A DNA stretch of 64,000 nt, taken from positions 75,613 to 139,612 of the forward strand of contig JBBQEI010000004.1 in the NCBI GenBank assembly GCA_038320545.1, read 5' to 3'. The notes below the pieces were generated by a model that searched no databases, had not been told where the DNA came from, and saw nothing but the letters and a program-made list of their open reading frames with translations. Shown here in pieces: positions 1-9,880 of the stretch. The stretch's first letter is position 1, and the number at the start of each line of letters is the position of its first letter. Position numbers and translations under genes: made by a program. Source of the DNA: Bacteroidales bacterium (GTDB taxonomy: Bacteria > Bacteroidota > Bacteroidia > Bacteroidales > JAAUTT01).

Positions 1-1
1 T

Positions 2-3000
2 CCGGGAAATATGGGTAAATATGAACTTACCGTTATTGGTTCTATCGAAGGTAACAACATAACATTTAATTCTCCGGTTAAAACATCATATAATACAAAC
101 GAATCGGTTCAACTTATCCGGGTTCCTTCATTTACTGATGCTAAAGTAATTGAAAGCCTCACATGTAGCACCTGGGATGGAGAAAAAGGCGGAATACTCG
201 TTTTAATTTCTTCAGGATCCCTTATATTGAATGCCAATATAGATGTTTCCGGTAAAGGATACAAAGGAGCATCTCCAATTACTTATTCGGGAAGTTGCTT
301 TTCAAAGGTATCTGACATACCTTATCATATATTAAATTTGAGTTCTGATAGTGCTTCTGGTAAGAAAGGTGAAGGAGCTATAACCAATAGTAGTATTTTC
401 ACAATGGGACGCGGCCCTTCAGGTAATGGTGGTGGTGCTGGAAGTGGTTCTTATTCAGGAGGTGGAGGTGGTGGCAATTTTGGCGATGGTGGTAATGGCG
501 GAAAAGAAAGCTGTGCCGGCGATAATGATTATAACTGGGGTGGAAACGGTGCCAGTATTGATGGACAATATTTTAGTAACAATTTTTTAGATCGCAGAAT
601 CTTTCTGGGCGGTGGCGGTGGAAGCGGCATTCAAAAAAATGCCGGATCGGGATCCTCCGGTGGAAACGGAGGCGGAATAGTTATATTACTGACACCTAAA
701 ATTATTACAAACAGCTTTTCTATCATGGCCAATGGAATTGATGTTTCAGGATCAGTTTCCGATGGCTCATCCTCTGGCGGTGGTGGAGGTGGTGGTATGA
801 TTATGCTTGCGGTTGATTCTGTTATAAATAATTTAAACGTTAGCGCTAAAGGTGGAAAAGGAGGAGGTACACCTTTTGGAGCTCCTTGTGTTGCACATGG
901 CGGTGGTGGAGGCGGAGGTTTTGTGTGGTTTTCAGGAAAAACTAGAGATTTTTCTCTGCTTGATTTAACAGGAGGAGCTGCTGGCAATGGTAATTGTTAT
1001 GTGTCTTCAACTCCTGGAAACGCTGGCGATTCCCTTAACTATCTTTTATTGCCACTTACCGGATTTTTAAATAATACGATTAAAGCAGGAACAAAAATAT
1101 GTTTTAACACCAGCCAGAAAATTACCGGAAGTAAGCCTCAAGGTGGTAATGGTATTTATACATATCAATGGCAATATTATAATACTATCTCGTCCTCATG
1201 GTTAGCTGCTCTAGGTAAAAACGACAGTATTCATTACAAAACATCACTTCTTACTTCAACTACACAAATTCGCCGTATAGTTTCTTCCGATGGCATGAAC
1301 GATTTAAGCAGTGTCTTAACTATTAATGTATTTCCTCAAATTACCAACAATGTTTTAGAGCCAGATACAATCCTTTGTTTTGGGAATCCATCCCTCACAA
1401 TCAGAGGCTCTGTTGCAGGCGGAGGAACAGGGAATTTTCAATATGAATGGTCACAACGGTCATTTTCAGGTTCCTGGGAATTTGTTTCCGGTAATGCAAC
1501 AACCAAAGATTTTACCATTTCCTCTGACGTTTCCCGATATTATCGACGCAAGGCTACTTCTGAATATTGTAGCACATACGATTCGGTTAAAGTAGAAATA
1601 CTTCCCACTATAAGCAATAACATTATACTGCCATTCCAAACCATATGTAAAAATTCAATTCCATCTCCTTTTATCGGAGGTTTGCCCGAAGGTGGAACTG
1701 GAAGTAATTATACATTTTCATGGCAGGAAAGTAACGATTCGCTTAATTGGATCAACTCAAATGTACTCAACAAAGACTTTTCGAACCCTCCGGCTTTGAG
1801 CCAAACAAAATTTTACAGACGTTTGGTATCTTCCGGCTTAAAAGATTGTTGTAAGGATACTAGTAATAGCATAAAAATTAGGGTTCTCCCAACAATTGCC
1901 AACAATTTGATTTCCGGTCCACAAACCATATGTGAAGGAATCAAACCAGCTTTATTTGATGGAGTTACTCCAACCGGGGGAGATTCAAAAACCGGATATG
2001 GATATGAGTGGGAATCCAGTAAAAATGCTTTGACCTGGGATCTGATTGAAAACTCATTGTCGAAGGATTATCAGGCTTTAGAAATGGACACTACACATTT
2101 TTACAGGCGTAAAGTATATTCTGGTCTCGATAATTGTTGTAAAAGCATCAGCAATGAAATAAAAATTACTGTTCAGCCTCGTATTCAGAACAATATAATA
2201 AAAGGAGATACTACAATCTGCGACAATACTGTTCCTTCAAAAATAAAAGGGATATTTTCAACTTTTACGGGTGGAGACGGCATCAATTATTCACATAAAT
2301 GGTTACAGAAATACAACAAAGGTGATTGGCAGGATGTATCTGGTAGTGCTATTCTGGAATCTTATCAGCCAGCATCTTTAACCGATTCAATTAATTATCA
2401 GCGGCAAATAATTTCGGGAGTTTGTAACAGTCTTTCAAATATCGTTGCTATTAATGTTCTAAATCCTATTCAGGGAAATGTTATTGAAGGTACTTCCAAT
2501 ATTTGTGAAGGGTTTCCATCGGGAATTCTTACCAGCCAAAATTTAACCGGTGGAGAACCCGGTATTTACCGTTTTATTTGGGAACAAAGCATAAATGGCG
2601 AATCAACCTGGGAAAGTATTCAGGGAGCTATAAATAGTCAGTTTGATCCGGGAATTTTACCCAATGACAGATATTTCAGAAGAACTGTAAATTCAGGATT
2701 ATACGATTGTTGTTTCAGTGTAAGCAATAAATTTAAAATAACAATTGATAAAAAACCTGAAAAGCCCGAAGCCGGAATTGACCGTGAATTGGTTTATCAG
2801 GACACTGCTTTTTTACATGCTGCACAACCAATAATAGGTTCAGGTATTTGGTCATCTTTTTCTGAAGCCGAAATAAACGATCCTTCAAATATCAATACAG
2901 AAATTTCACAATTGAAATTTGGACGTTATGCTTTTTATTGGACAGTAACAAATGGCGTATGCCCATCTTTAAACGATAGTGTTATATTAGAAGTAAGTGA

Positions 3001-3280
3001 TTTAAAACGATATACAGGATTTTCCCCGAATGGCGATTTAATAAACGATTATTTTGTGATTGAAGGATTATCTAAGGTTGGAAATAAAGATATTACTATT
3101 TTAAACCGATGGGGAGTAGAAGTATTTAAATCGTCTGACTATCAGAATAATTGGGATGGTAAAAACAAGAATGGGGATCCACTTCCTGAAGATACTTATT
3201 ATTACATACTGAAAGTTGAGGATGTTTTTAATAATTCAAAAACGAGAGTTTATAAAGGTTATGTTGTAATTAAAAGATAG
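2..3280 (+). CDS. T9SS type B (gliding-motility/CHU_C type) C-terminal sorting-domain surface protein; 5' end probably outside the window
   Basis: The frame is open back to nt 2 and the first Met (nt 11) has no signal peptide after it. The C-terminal ~90 aa (YTGFSPNGDLINDYFVIEGL...ILNRWGVEVFKSSDYQNNWDGKNKNGDPLPEDTYYYILKV...GYVVIKR) match the T9SS type B sorting domain. A PorP/SprF gene follows directly. Confidence 0.85.
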   Translation, partial: PGNMGKYELTVIGSIEGNNITFNSPVKTSYNTNESVQLIRVPSFTDAKVIESLTCSTWDGEKGGILVLISSGSLILNANIDVSGKGYKGASPITYSGSCFSKVSDIPYHILNLSSDSASGKKGEGAITNSSIFTMGRGPSGNGGGAGSGSYSGGGGGGNFGDGGNGGKESCAGDNDYNWGGNGASIDGQYFSNNFLDRRIFLGGGGGSGIQKNAGSGSSGGNGGGIVILLTPKIITNSFSIMANGIDVSGSVSDGSSSGGGGGGGMIMLAVDSVINNLNVSAKGGKGGGTPFGAPCVAHGGGGGGGFVWFSGKTRDFSLLDLTGGAAGNGNCYVSSTPGNAGDSLNYLLLPLTGFLNNTIKAGTKICFNTSQKITGSKPQGGNGIYTYQWQYYNTISSSWLAALGKNDSIHYKTSLLTSTTQIRRIVSSDGMNDLSSVLTINVFPQITNNVLEPDTILCFGNPSLTIRGSVAGGGTGNFQYEWSQRSFSGSWEFVSGNATTKDFTISSDVSRYYRRKATSEYCSTYDSVKVEILPTISNNIILPFQTICKNSIPSPFIGGLPEGGTGSNYTFSWQESNDSLNWINSNVLNKDFSNPPALSQTKFYRRLVSSGLKDCCKDTSNSIKIRVLPTIANNLISGPQTICEGIKPALFDGVTPTGGDSKTGYGYEWESSKNALTWDLIENSLSKDYQALEMDTTHFYRRKVYSGLDNCCKSISNEIKITVQPRIQNNIIKGDTTICDNTVPSKIKGIFSTFTGGDGINYSHKWLQKYNKGDWQDVSGSAILESYQPASLTDSINYQRQIISGVCNSLSNIVAINVLNPIQGNVIEGTSNICEGFPSGILTSQNLTGGEPGIYRFIWEQSINGESTWESIQGAINSQFDPGILPNDRYFRRTVNSGLYDCCFSVSNKFKITIDKKPEKPEAGIDRELVYQDTAFLHAAQPIIGSGIWSSFSEAEINDPSNINTEISQLKFGRYAFYWTVTNGVCPSLNDSVILEVSDLKRYTGFSPNGDLINDYFVIEGLSKVGNKDITILNRWGVEVFKSSDYQNNWDGKNKNGDPLPEDTYYYILKVEDVFNNSKTRVYKGYVVIKR
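1067..2757 (+). repeat. Six tandem ~95-aa protein modules inside the T9SS cargo gene
   Basis: Each module begins I(T/S/A/Q)(N/G)N.I. It then carries a conserved C (e.g. TICEG, TICDN), a GG..G..Y.(Y/F).W block, a (Y/F)(Y/F)RR block and a C...SN..KI.V.P end. Examples: ITNNVLEPDTILC..., ISNNIILPFQTIC..., IANNLISGPQTIC..., IQNNIIKGDTTIC..., IQGNVIEGTSNIC... Confidence 0.8.
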
Positions 3281-4198
3281 ATGAAGCGAACTTGTATTGT
3301 ATTAATTTTAGGTTTGTTGCTGCAAATAAAAGGATATTCGCAGCATTTTCCTATATATAGCCAATACATGATGAATGGTCTGGCAATAAATCCTGCCTAT
3401 GCTGGAAGTCGTGATGTTCTATCAGCAACATTTTTATACCGGAAACAGTGGGTTGGTTTCGACGGAGCTCCAACTATTTATTCGATGGCGGCACATATGC
3501 CTTTTCGAAATCAACGTGTAGCTTTAGGTTTTTTAATTGCAAACGAATCAATTGGAATTGAAAATAATACAAGCTTATTTGGTAATTATGCTTATCGGGT
3601 TAACTTAGGTAATGGCAAACTGGCTTTAGGATTAAAAGCAGGATTTAACATTGTAAAAGAACAAAACAGTAAAATAACCCTTCACGATCCCAATTCTGAT
3701 ATTGCTTTTGAAAACATTAAGGAAACAGCTTTTTTGCCAGACTTTGGTTTTGGTATGTATTTTTCAAATACTAAGTATTTCGTTGGCTTTTCTGTTCCAT
3801 CTCTGTTAAACTACAAATCGAACGGCGAGATTTCTAAAACTGAATTAAAAAGCTATAATCTATTGCTTACAGGAGGATATCTTCTTAAGTTTTCCGATCA
3901 AATTAAGTTGAAACCATCAACATTAGTTAAGTATAAATACGAATCTTTACCCCAGTATGATCTGAATTTAAATCTCATATTATTTAAAGATGATATTTTA
4001 TGGGTTGGTGCATCCTACCGAAATAAAGAAGCATTTATTTATCTGATCGAAGTTCAGCTAAGCAGGAAGTTTCGATTGGGATATTCATTCGATCAGTCGA
4101 TTGGTAAATTAAGTAATTACAATAATGGCTCACACGAAATTATGATCCGTTACGAATGGCGCGACAAAGTTCGTACTTTAAATCCTTTATATTTTTAG
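3281..4198 (+). CDS. PorP/SprF family type IX secretion system membrane protein
   Basis: Signal peptide followed by QHFPIYSQYMMNGLAINPAYAGS...RKQWVGFDGAP, the characteristic N-terminal signature of PorP/SprF. The ATG directly follows the stop of the type-B cargo gene. Confidence 0.9.
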   Translation: MKRTCIVLILGLLLQIKGYSQHFPIYSQYMMNGLAINPAYAGSRDVLSATFLYRKQWVGFDGAPTIYSMAAHMPFRNQRVALGFLIANESIGIENNTSLFGNYAYRVNLGNGKLALGLKAGFNIVKEQNSKITLHDPNSDIAFENIKETAFLPDFGFGMYFSNTKYFVGFSVPSLLNYKSNGEISKTELKSYNLLLTGGYLLKFSDQIKLKPSTLVKYKYESLPQYDLNLNLILFKDDILWVGASYRNKEAFIYLIEVQLSRKFRLGYSFDQSIGKLSNYNNGSHEIMIRYEWRDKVRTLNPLYF

Positions 4199-4200
4199 TT

Positions 4201-5610
4201 ATGAGGAGGAGAAGAACATACCAATTGTTTTTTCTGACATTAATAAATTTATTACTGTCAGCTCAAATTTTTTCCCAGAAATTATACGAAACTAAGTTAC
4301 TCGAATTCAATTCAAAGGAGTTTGACGAATTTGCTCCCGTTATGTTTGAGAATGGCTTGTTGTTTAATTCTTTCCGAAAGCAATACATATATAAAACCGA
4401 AGTTGACCTGAACGAAAAAAATATAAACGATTTGTATTATGTTACAAAGCTTGAAGGGGAAAAGTGGGGTACTTTGCAATTTTTTTCAAAAGAATTGAAT
4501 ACAAAGAATCACGAAGGAAAAGCAAGTTTGACCAAGGACGGAAATACAATATATTTTACACGGTTTCACAACGATTCTGCAGGGAATATATTTAAATCAA
4601 TTAAATCGGGTGGTGAATGGAATGCCCCAGTCCTTATATCAATCAATTCAGATAAATACAGAATTAAAGATCCATGTATAAGTGCTGATGGAAAAAAAAT
4701 GTATTTTGCCTCTATGGCACCTGGCGGATATGGAGGTTATGATATTTATGTGTCGGTTTTTGAACGGGGCGATTGGCATACCCCCAAAAACTTAGGACCA
4801 TTGGTAAACACAAAAGGTGATGAAGTTTCCCCATTTATGCATTCCAATGGAAAATTGTATTTTTCTTCAAACAAATTACCAGGGTTAGGTAAATTTGATA
4901 TTTTTTATACCCGTGAAATAAACGGGAAATGGATAATTCCAAAAAATCTGCCTGAACCGGTCAATTCTAACCGCGATGATTTGTATTACTTTGCCGATGC
5001 GAAAGATTCAACGGGTTATTTTTCTAGTAATAGAAACCGGTCGTTCGATATTTATAGCTTTAGTTCATTATGGCCTCAATTTGGTGAATGTAAGCCTATT
5101 CAAAAAAATGAATATACTTTTATTTTCTTTGAAAAAGGATCGGTTGACAATGACACTACTGCATGGTTATATGAATGGGACTTTGGAGATGGTACCAAAG
5201 CAAGGGGAAAGAAAGCTGAAGCAGAACATACTTTTTCCGGTATTGGCCAATATCTTGTTCAACTTAATGTTATTGATACATTAACCGGAGAAGTTCTTTT
5301 AAATGAAGATACTTATCCATTTAGTGTTGCTGATATAGAACAGGCATATATATTTTGTCCTGATTCACTGGACCAGGGAAAAGCTGAGATTTTTGATGCA
5401 AGTTCTTCGAATCTTCCTTCAATTAAAAAAATTGATTATTATTTCTGGGATTTTGGAGATGGTGAAAGAGGAACTGGGCTCAATACCAAACATAGTTTTA
5501 ACGAGAGTGGAGATTATTCTATAAAATTATGCGTACAAGCTGCTCCTGATGAAAATGGAGTAGTTCAGAAAGCTTGTGTAAGCAAGGTAGTAAGTGTTAA
5601 ATCTCCATAA
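4201..5610 (+). CDS. Secreted PD40 (TolB-like beta-propeller repeat) plus 2x PKD domain protein
   Basis: I prefer the start MRRRRTYQLFFLTLINLLLSAQ at 4201, 2 nt after the PorP stop, over the overlapping 4156 start. PD40-like repeats: IYFTRFHND, MYFASMAPGGYGGYDIYVS, LYFSSNKLPGLGKFDIFYT, GYFSSNRNRSFDIYSF. Two PKD signatures: WDFGDGTKARG and WDFGDGERGTG. Confidence 0.75.
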   Translation: MRRRRTYQLFFLTLINLLLSAQIFSQKLYETKLLEFNSKEFDEFAPVMFENGLLFNSFRKQYIYKTEVDLNEKNINDLYYVTKLEGEKWGTLQFFSKELNTKNHEGKASLTKDGNTIYFTRFHNDSAGNIFKSIKSGGEWNAPVLISINSDKYRIKDPCISADGKKMYFASMAPGGYGGYDIYVSVFERGDWHTPKNLGPLVNTKGDEVSPFMHSNGKLYFSSNKLPGLGKFDIFYTREINGKWIIPKNLPEPVNSNRDDLYYFADAKDSTGYFSSNRNRSFDIYSFSSLWPQFGECKPIQKNEYTFIFFEKGSVDNDTTAWLYEWDFGDGTKARGKKAEAEHTFSGIGQYLVQLNVIDTLTGEVLLNEDTYPFSVADIEQAYIFCPDSLDQGKAEIFDASSSNLPSIKKIDYYFWDFGDGERGTGLNTKHSFNESGDYSIKLCVQAAPDENGVVQKACVSKVVSVKSP

Positions 5611-5734
5611 ATAGATTTATTTTGTATTTTAAACATTTTCTGTTAACTTTTATATAAATAAAGTTATTTTTATAACTTCGATTATTAATTTATATCAGAC
5701 ATCATATATTATTGTATATGAATTTTTTTATCTA

Positions 5735-6703
5735 ATGAAGCGATTTATTTTTTCTTTTGTAATTGGTATTTTATTAACCAATATGTCATATTCTCAACCT
5801 GTTCCTGGTGATGATGAAAATATTCCTTATTTAATGACCTTTGGGACTAAAGCTGAAAAATCGTGGGGCGATGATGACTTTTCCCAAACTTTTTTCTTTT
5901 TCGTCCCGGAATCATATAAAGATCCGGTATATATTAAAGTATTCGATCCGGATATTGGAGGTTTAATCGACGAGTTGAACGGAACATTTGACACTCAAAT
6001 GACTTATTCAGTATATGGAGGGAAAGAAGCCTATTCAAACGAAGATGCCAAAGGTACTGATCCTGTTGGCAATTATAAAAGCGGGAATCTACTGGCCACA
6101 AAATCATTTGGTGTAAATCCCCGGTACGATAATAACTGGTATGTATTTGGGCCATTCAATCCAACAGAAGGAGAATATGATAAAAAATTCGGTGGGTATA
6201 TATTTAAGGTGATCTGTGATGGCATCTCAGGAAATGATGGTAATATGTACCGTTATTATATGAGCACCTCGGCAACTATTAATAAGCCTATTGAAGGTGC
6301 ATTTGCTTTCGCTTATGAATATTCCTTCAGGATGCACGATGATCCAAAAGAAGTTTCACACATATACCCATATGTTGATGATCGCACAATTACCATAAAA
6401 CAAATGAATTTTGACTGGGATAAAGATGGTTTTATCAGAGTTGTATCAGTAGCACGTAAAGGTCAAATGTGCGCCACATCTTATGAAGATCAGTGGGTTA
6501 CTTCAGAATTTAAAATTCTTGATGAAGAAAAAAATACCTCACTTGATTTTCAGTTTATAAAAAAAACTAATCCACCTGTTAAAAATAATAATGTTGTTAT
6601 TAATGTACGTAACCAATACGGTGAATTACTTCAATTTAATACTGTGCCTATAGGAGGTGTGCCTAAATACAAATTTGGAGGAATCGATGTTAAAAAAAAG
6701 TAA
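5735..6703 (+). CDS. Secreted hypothetical protein
   Basis: 322-aa ORF with a signal peptide (MKRFIFSFVIGILLTNMSYSQ). I recognise no family. It ends 16-22 nt before the sensor-phosphatase gene. Confidence 0.6.
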   Translation: MKRFIFSFVIGILLTNMSYSQPVPGDDENIPYLMTFGTKAEKSWGDDDFSQTFFFFVPESYKDPVYIKVFDPDIGGLIDELNGTFDTQMTYSVYGGKEAYSNEDAKGTDPVGNYKSGNLLATKSFGVNPRYDNNWYVFGPFNPTEGEYDKKFGGYIFKVICDGISGNDGNMYRYYMSTSATINKPIEGAFAFAYEYSFRMHDDPKEVSHIYPYVDDRTITIKQMNFDWDKDGFIRVVSVARKGQMCATSYEDQWVTSEFKILDEEKNTSLDFQFIKKTNPPVKNNNVVINVRNQYGELLQFNTVPIGGVPKYKFGGIDVKKK

Positions 6704-6724
6704 TCACAACTAATTAGATTGCAC

Positions 6725-9700
6725 ATGAGGTTCAGGGGACTTAAATTAATTCTTATATCGATCTTTATTCTAACAGGCAATATTTTTATAAATGCTCAAA
6801 TTTATAAATTTATAAAATATGGCGTTGCCGAAGGCATTTGTCATCCTTTTGTTTATTCTGTTAACCAGGATAAAAATGGGTTTTTATGGGCTTCGACAGG
6901 TACAGGTTTGTGCCGGTACGATGGATTTAAGTTTACTTCGCCGCAATCCGATTCACTTACCGAAGCTTATGCAGGTGTTACATTTAAAGATAATAAAGGA
7001 AATTTGTGGTTCGGGCATAGCAACGGAGACATTACTTTTTATGATGGAAAAAAATTCAAAAGGTACCCCGTTAAGGATGAAAATTCCAGCAGTATTAATG
7101 GGTTTACCCAGGATAAATATGGAAATATTTTAGCAATAACCCAATCACATGGTCTTATCAAAATTACAAACCACAAAAAACTTGAATTATTAAAGACCCC
7201 CTTTGAAGGGAAATTATGTTATTCAATTAACCTCACATCCCGGGATGAAATCTTAATTGGTACAGATGATGGGGTTTGGATTTACAGTTATGGGAAAGAT
7301 CTTTCAACAATTAAAGAGATCGGAAAAATCCAAAAACTTCCTCTTTCAAAAATACAATCTATTTATAGCCCACGTCCCGATATATTTTATATAGGAACTG
7401 AAGATGCCGGCATGTATAAAGTTTCTCTTCAACAAGGACGTTCACAATTCCAGGTTGAAGATATGGGTTCTATATTTGGAATTCAGTACGAAAATGTACA
7501 GTCGATTTTTGAAGACATTGAAAGTAATCTCTGGATTTCTACTTTTGGGAAAGGTCTTATAAAAGTTATTGTTAACGAAAATAAAACTTATAAAGAAGTA
7601 ATTAATTATAATTCTTCTAATGGCCTGGGAATTGACTTTATTAAAAATGTATTTCAGGACAGGGAAGGTAATATTTGGGTGTCAACTTATGGAAACGGAC
7701 TAGCTGTGTTAGTAGACGAGTCTTTTACGTTTTTCGATTACAAAAACATTATTGGAAGTGATATCCTATCAGTAGCATTTCATCCTGATGGATATTTTTT
7801 GGGAGGCGAAAAGGGATTATTGAAAGTTACCAACGGACTTAAAAAAGACGTCAGGCTTATTGGCGCATTAAATGGTTTACCTGTCGACAATGTTACATCT
7901 CTTTTATACAGCGATAATGGTACACTGTGGATAGGTACCAATAAAAACGGGGTTTTTATGTTATTACCGGGGCAGTTATCTGTTGCTCAGTTTTTCAGAG
8001 CTGATAACTCGCTTGGTAATTCGGTCAGTTCTTTATCCCTTGCGGGGAATGATTTATACATAGCTACAAAAAACGGAGTTTATCAAATTAACTACCTGAA
8101 CAAAAATTTAAAGCATTACAGCACTTCCGAAGGTTTACCTCATAACAATATCCATCAGGTTTTTACCGATTCAAAAAATAATGTTTTTGTTGCAACAAAA
8201 AGTAATTCACTATTTAGTATCAAAGGAGATATACATTATAAAATTGATGGAAATGTCGAAATTGAATTTACCTGCATTGCAGAAGATTACGAAGGTAATA
8301 TTTGGGCCGGGACAAATGGATCGGGTGTTTTTAAATTTACAAAAAATGAATTTAAATTTTACTCGGTAAAAACTTCCGGTCTTAAATCGGATTATTGTTA
8401 TGCTATGGCAACCGATAACGCTGGAAACGTTTGGGTAGGACATCGTCTTGGATTAAGCCGGATTAATGTTAAAAATGAGCTGGTAAAAATTTACGGCCCA
8501 GAAGCAGGGATAGATGGAGATATTAATAAAAATGCCATAGTTAGTGATAATAAGGGAAAATTATTATTTGGCACTACTTCCAGGCTTATCCATTATGAAA
8601 CATCAAAAGTAAACACCAGGAAACTGGCTCCAATTATCAATATCACATCTGTTCAAATCTCCGATAAGCAATACGATTTTTCGGAAAGTATCGTGTTGCC
8701 CTATTCAGTTTATAAAATGCAAATTGAGTTTATCGGAATTAATTACAGTAATCCTGAACAGGTTACCTATAAATATAAATTAGAAGGATTTGATATCGAC
8801 TGGTCTGAGCCTTCAACTTCAAAAGTGGCCACTTATTCCAGGTTAACAGATGGCGATTACACTTTTAAAGTTATGGCTTGTAATAGCGATGGTCAATGGA
8901 ATGACGTACCACTGCTGCTTGAATTAAGAATTAAAAAGCCTTTCTGGAAAACCTGGTGGTTTATAAGTTTAATGGTTATTGCCCTGGTGATAGGTGTTTA
9001 TTTGATAATTGTTATTCGCGAGAAAAAACAAAAGGAATTTCAGGTCTACCTGGAAAAAATGCTCGATGAACGAACAAAAGAAGTTAGAGAGCAAAAGGAA
9101 GAAATAGAGATAAAAAATCGGGATATAACCGATAGCATCAATTACGCTCAACGAATTCAGGCAAGTATTTTACCTTCTGTTCGCAAACTTCAACAGCATT
9201 TTACCGGATCTTTTGTGTATTATGCACCACGTGACATTGTGAGTGGCGATTTTTACTGGTTCGACCAGATTATCGGAACTAATAAATTTATAATTGTTTG
9301 TGCTGATTCAACTGGTCATGGAGTGCCTGGTGCATTTATGTCGATGATTGGAACAACATTGATTAAGGATATTTGCAATCGTCCTGATGTAAAATCACCG
9401 GCGGATATTCTCAATATTCTTGATAATGAAATAAAATCAACACTTAATCAAAACCTTGAAGGCGAAAGAGCCAACGATGGTATGGATATTATTGTGGTTG
9501 AACTGGACGTGGATACTAATTTAATGCGCTGTTCATCGGCTATGCGACCTTTCATTATTTACCAGAATGGTGAACAGCTTTATTTTAAGGGTAGCCGTAA
9601 TTCGATTGGTGGACAGGTTCGTGAAGAAAAAATATTTGAAACTGTTGAGCTTCAACTTACCAAAGGCGATTTAATTTACATGTTTTCCGATGGATATCCT

Positions 9701-9880
9701 GATCAATTTGGTGGTCCGCATGGAAAAAAATTGAAAATGGTTCGTTTACGTAATTTATTGAAGGATATTTACGAGAAACCTATGGAAGAGCAATATAATT
9801 ATGTGAAGAGTAATTTTGAGCTTTGGAGAGGCGAACTGTCGCAGGTTGACGATGTGTTATTTATGGGGATCAGAATCTGA
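6725..9880 (+). CDS. Periplasmic two-component-regulator propeller / Y_Y_Y sensor fused to a SpoIIE (PP2C) protein phosphatase
   Basis: N-terminal repeated G(F/L)W(I/F)(S/G)T / GL propeller motifs. Y_Y_Y block YKYKLEGFDIDWSEPSTSKVATYSRLTDGDYTFKV. One TM segment (WWFISLMVIALVIGVYLIIVI) and a coiled coil. SpoIIE motifs SGDFYWF, DSTGHGVPGAFMS, DGMDI and FSDGYPDQFGG. The ATG at 6725 lies 2 codons inside the TTG-started track ORF. Confidence 0.85.
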   Translation: MRFRGLKLILISIFILTGNIFINAQIYKFIKYGVAEGICHPFVYSVNQDKNGFLWASTGTGLCRYDGFKFTSPQSDSLTEAYAGVTFKDNKGNLWFGHSNGDITFYDGKKFKRYPVKDENSSSINGFTQDKYGNILAITQSHGLIKITNHKKLELLKTPFEGKLCYSINLTSRDEILIGTDDGVWIYSYGKDLSTIKEIGKIQKLPLSKIQSIYSPRPDIFYIGTEDAGMYKVSLQQGRSQFQVEDMGSIFGIQYENVQSIFEDIESNLWISTFGKGLIKVIVNENKTYKEVINYNSSNGLGIDFIKNVFQDREGNIWVSTYGNGLAVLVDESFTFFDYKNIIGSDILSVAFHPDGYFLGGEKGLLKVTNGLKKDVRLIGALNGLPVDNVTSLLYSDNGTLWIGTNKNGVFMLLPGQLSVAQFFRADNSLGNSVSSLSLAGNDLYIATKNGVYQINYLNKNLKHYSTSEGLPHNNIHQVFTDSKNNVFVATKSNSLFSIKGDIHYKIDGNVEIEFTCIAEDYEGNIWAGTNGSGVFKFTKNEFKFYSVKTSGLKSDYCYAMATDNAGNVWVGHRLGLSRINVKNELVKIYGPEAGIDGDINKNAIVSDNKGKLLFGTTSRLIHYETSKVNTRKLAPIINITSVQISDKQYDFSESIVLPYSVYKMQIEFIGINYSNPEQVTYKYKLEGFDIDWSEPSTSKVATYSRLTDGDYTFKVMACNSDGQWNDVPLLLELRIKKPFWKTWWFISLMVIALVIGVYLIIVIREKKQKEFQVYLEKMLDERTKEVREQKEEIEIKNRDITDSINYAQRIQASILPSVRKLQQHFTGSFVYYAPRDIVSGDFYWFDQIIGTNKFIIVCADSTGHGVPGAFMSMIGTTLIKDICNRPDVKSPADILNILDNEIKSTLNQNLEGERANDGMDIIVVELDVDTNLMRCSSAMRPFIIYQNGEQLYFKGSRNSIGGQVREEKIFETVELQLTKGDLIYMFSDGYPDQFGGPHGKKLKMVRLRNLLKDIYEKPMEEQYNYVKSNFELWRGELSQVDDVLFMGIRI

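Noticed and set aside
631-987. 118-aa Pro-rich ORF on the minus strand
   Set aside because: It is the antisense reading of the Gly-run (GGN codon) segment of the T9SS cargo gene. The poly-Pro text is a compositional mirror image, and the plus-strand gene is strongly supported.
4156-4200. Upstream start for the PD40/PKD gene that overlaps the PorP/SprF gene
   Set aside because: The extension (MARQSSYFKSFIFLV) overlaps the end of the PorP gene in another frame. The ATG at 4201 gives a normal positively charged n-region plus a hydrophobic signal peptide.
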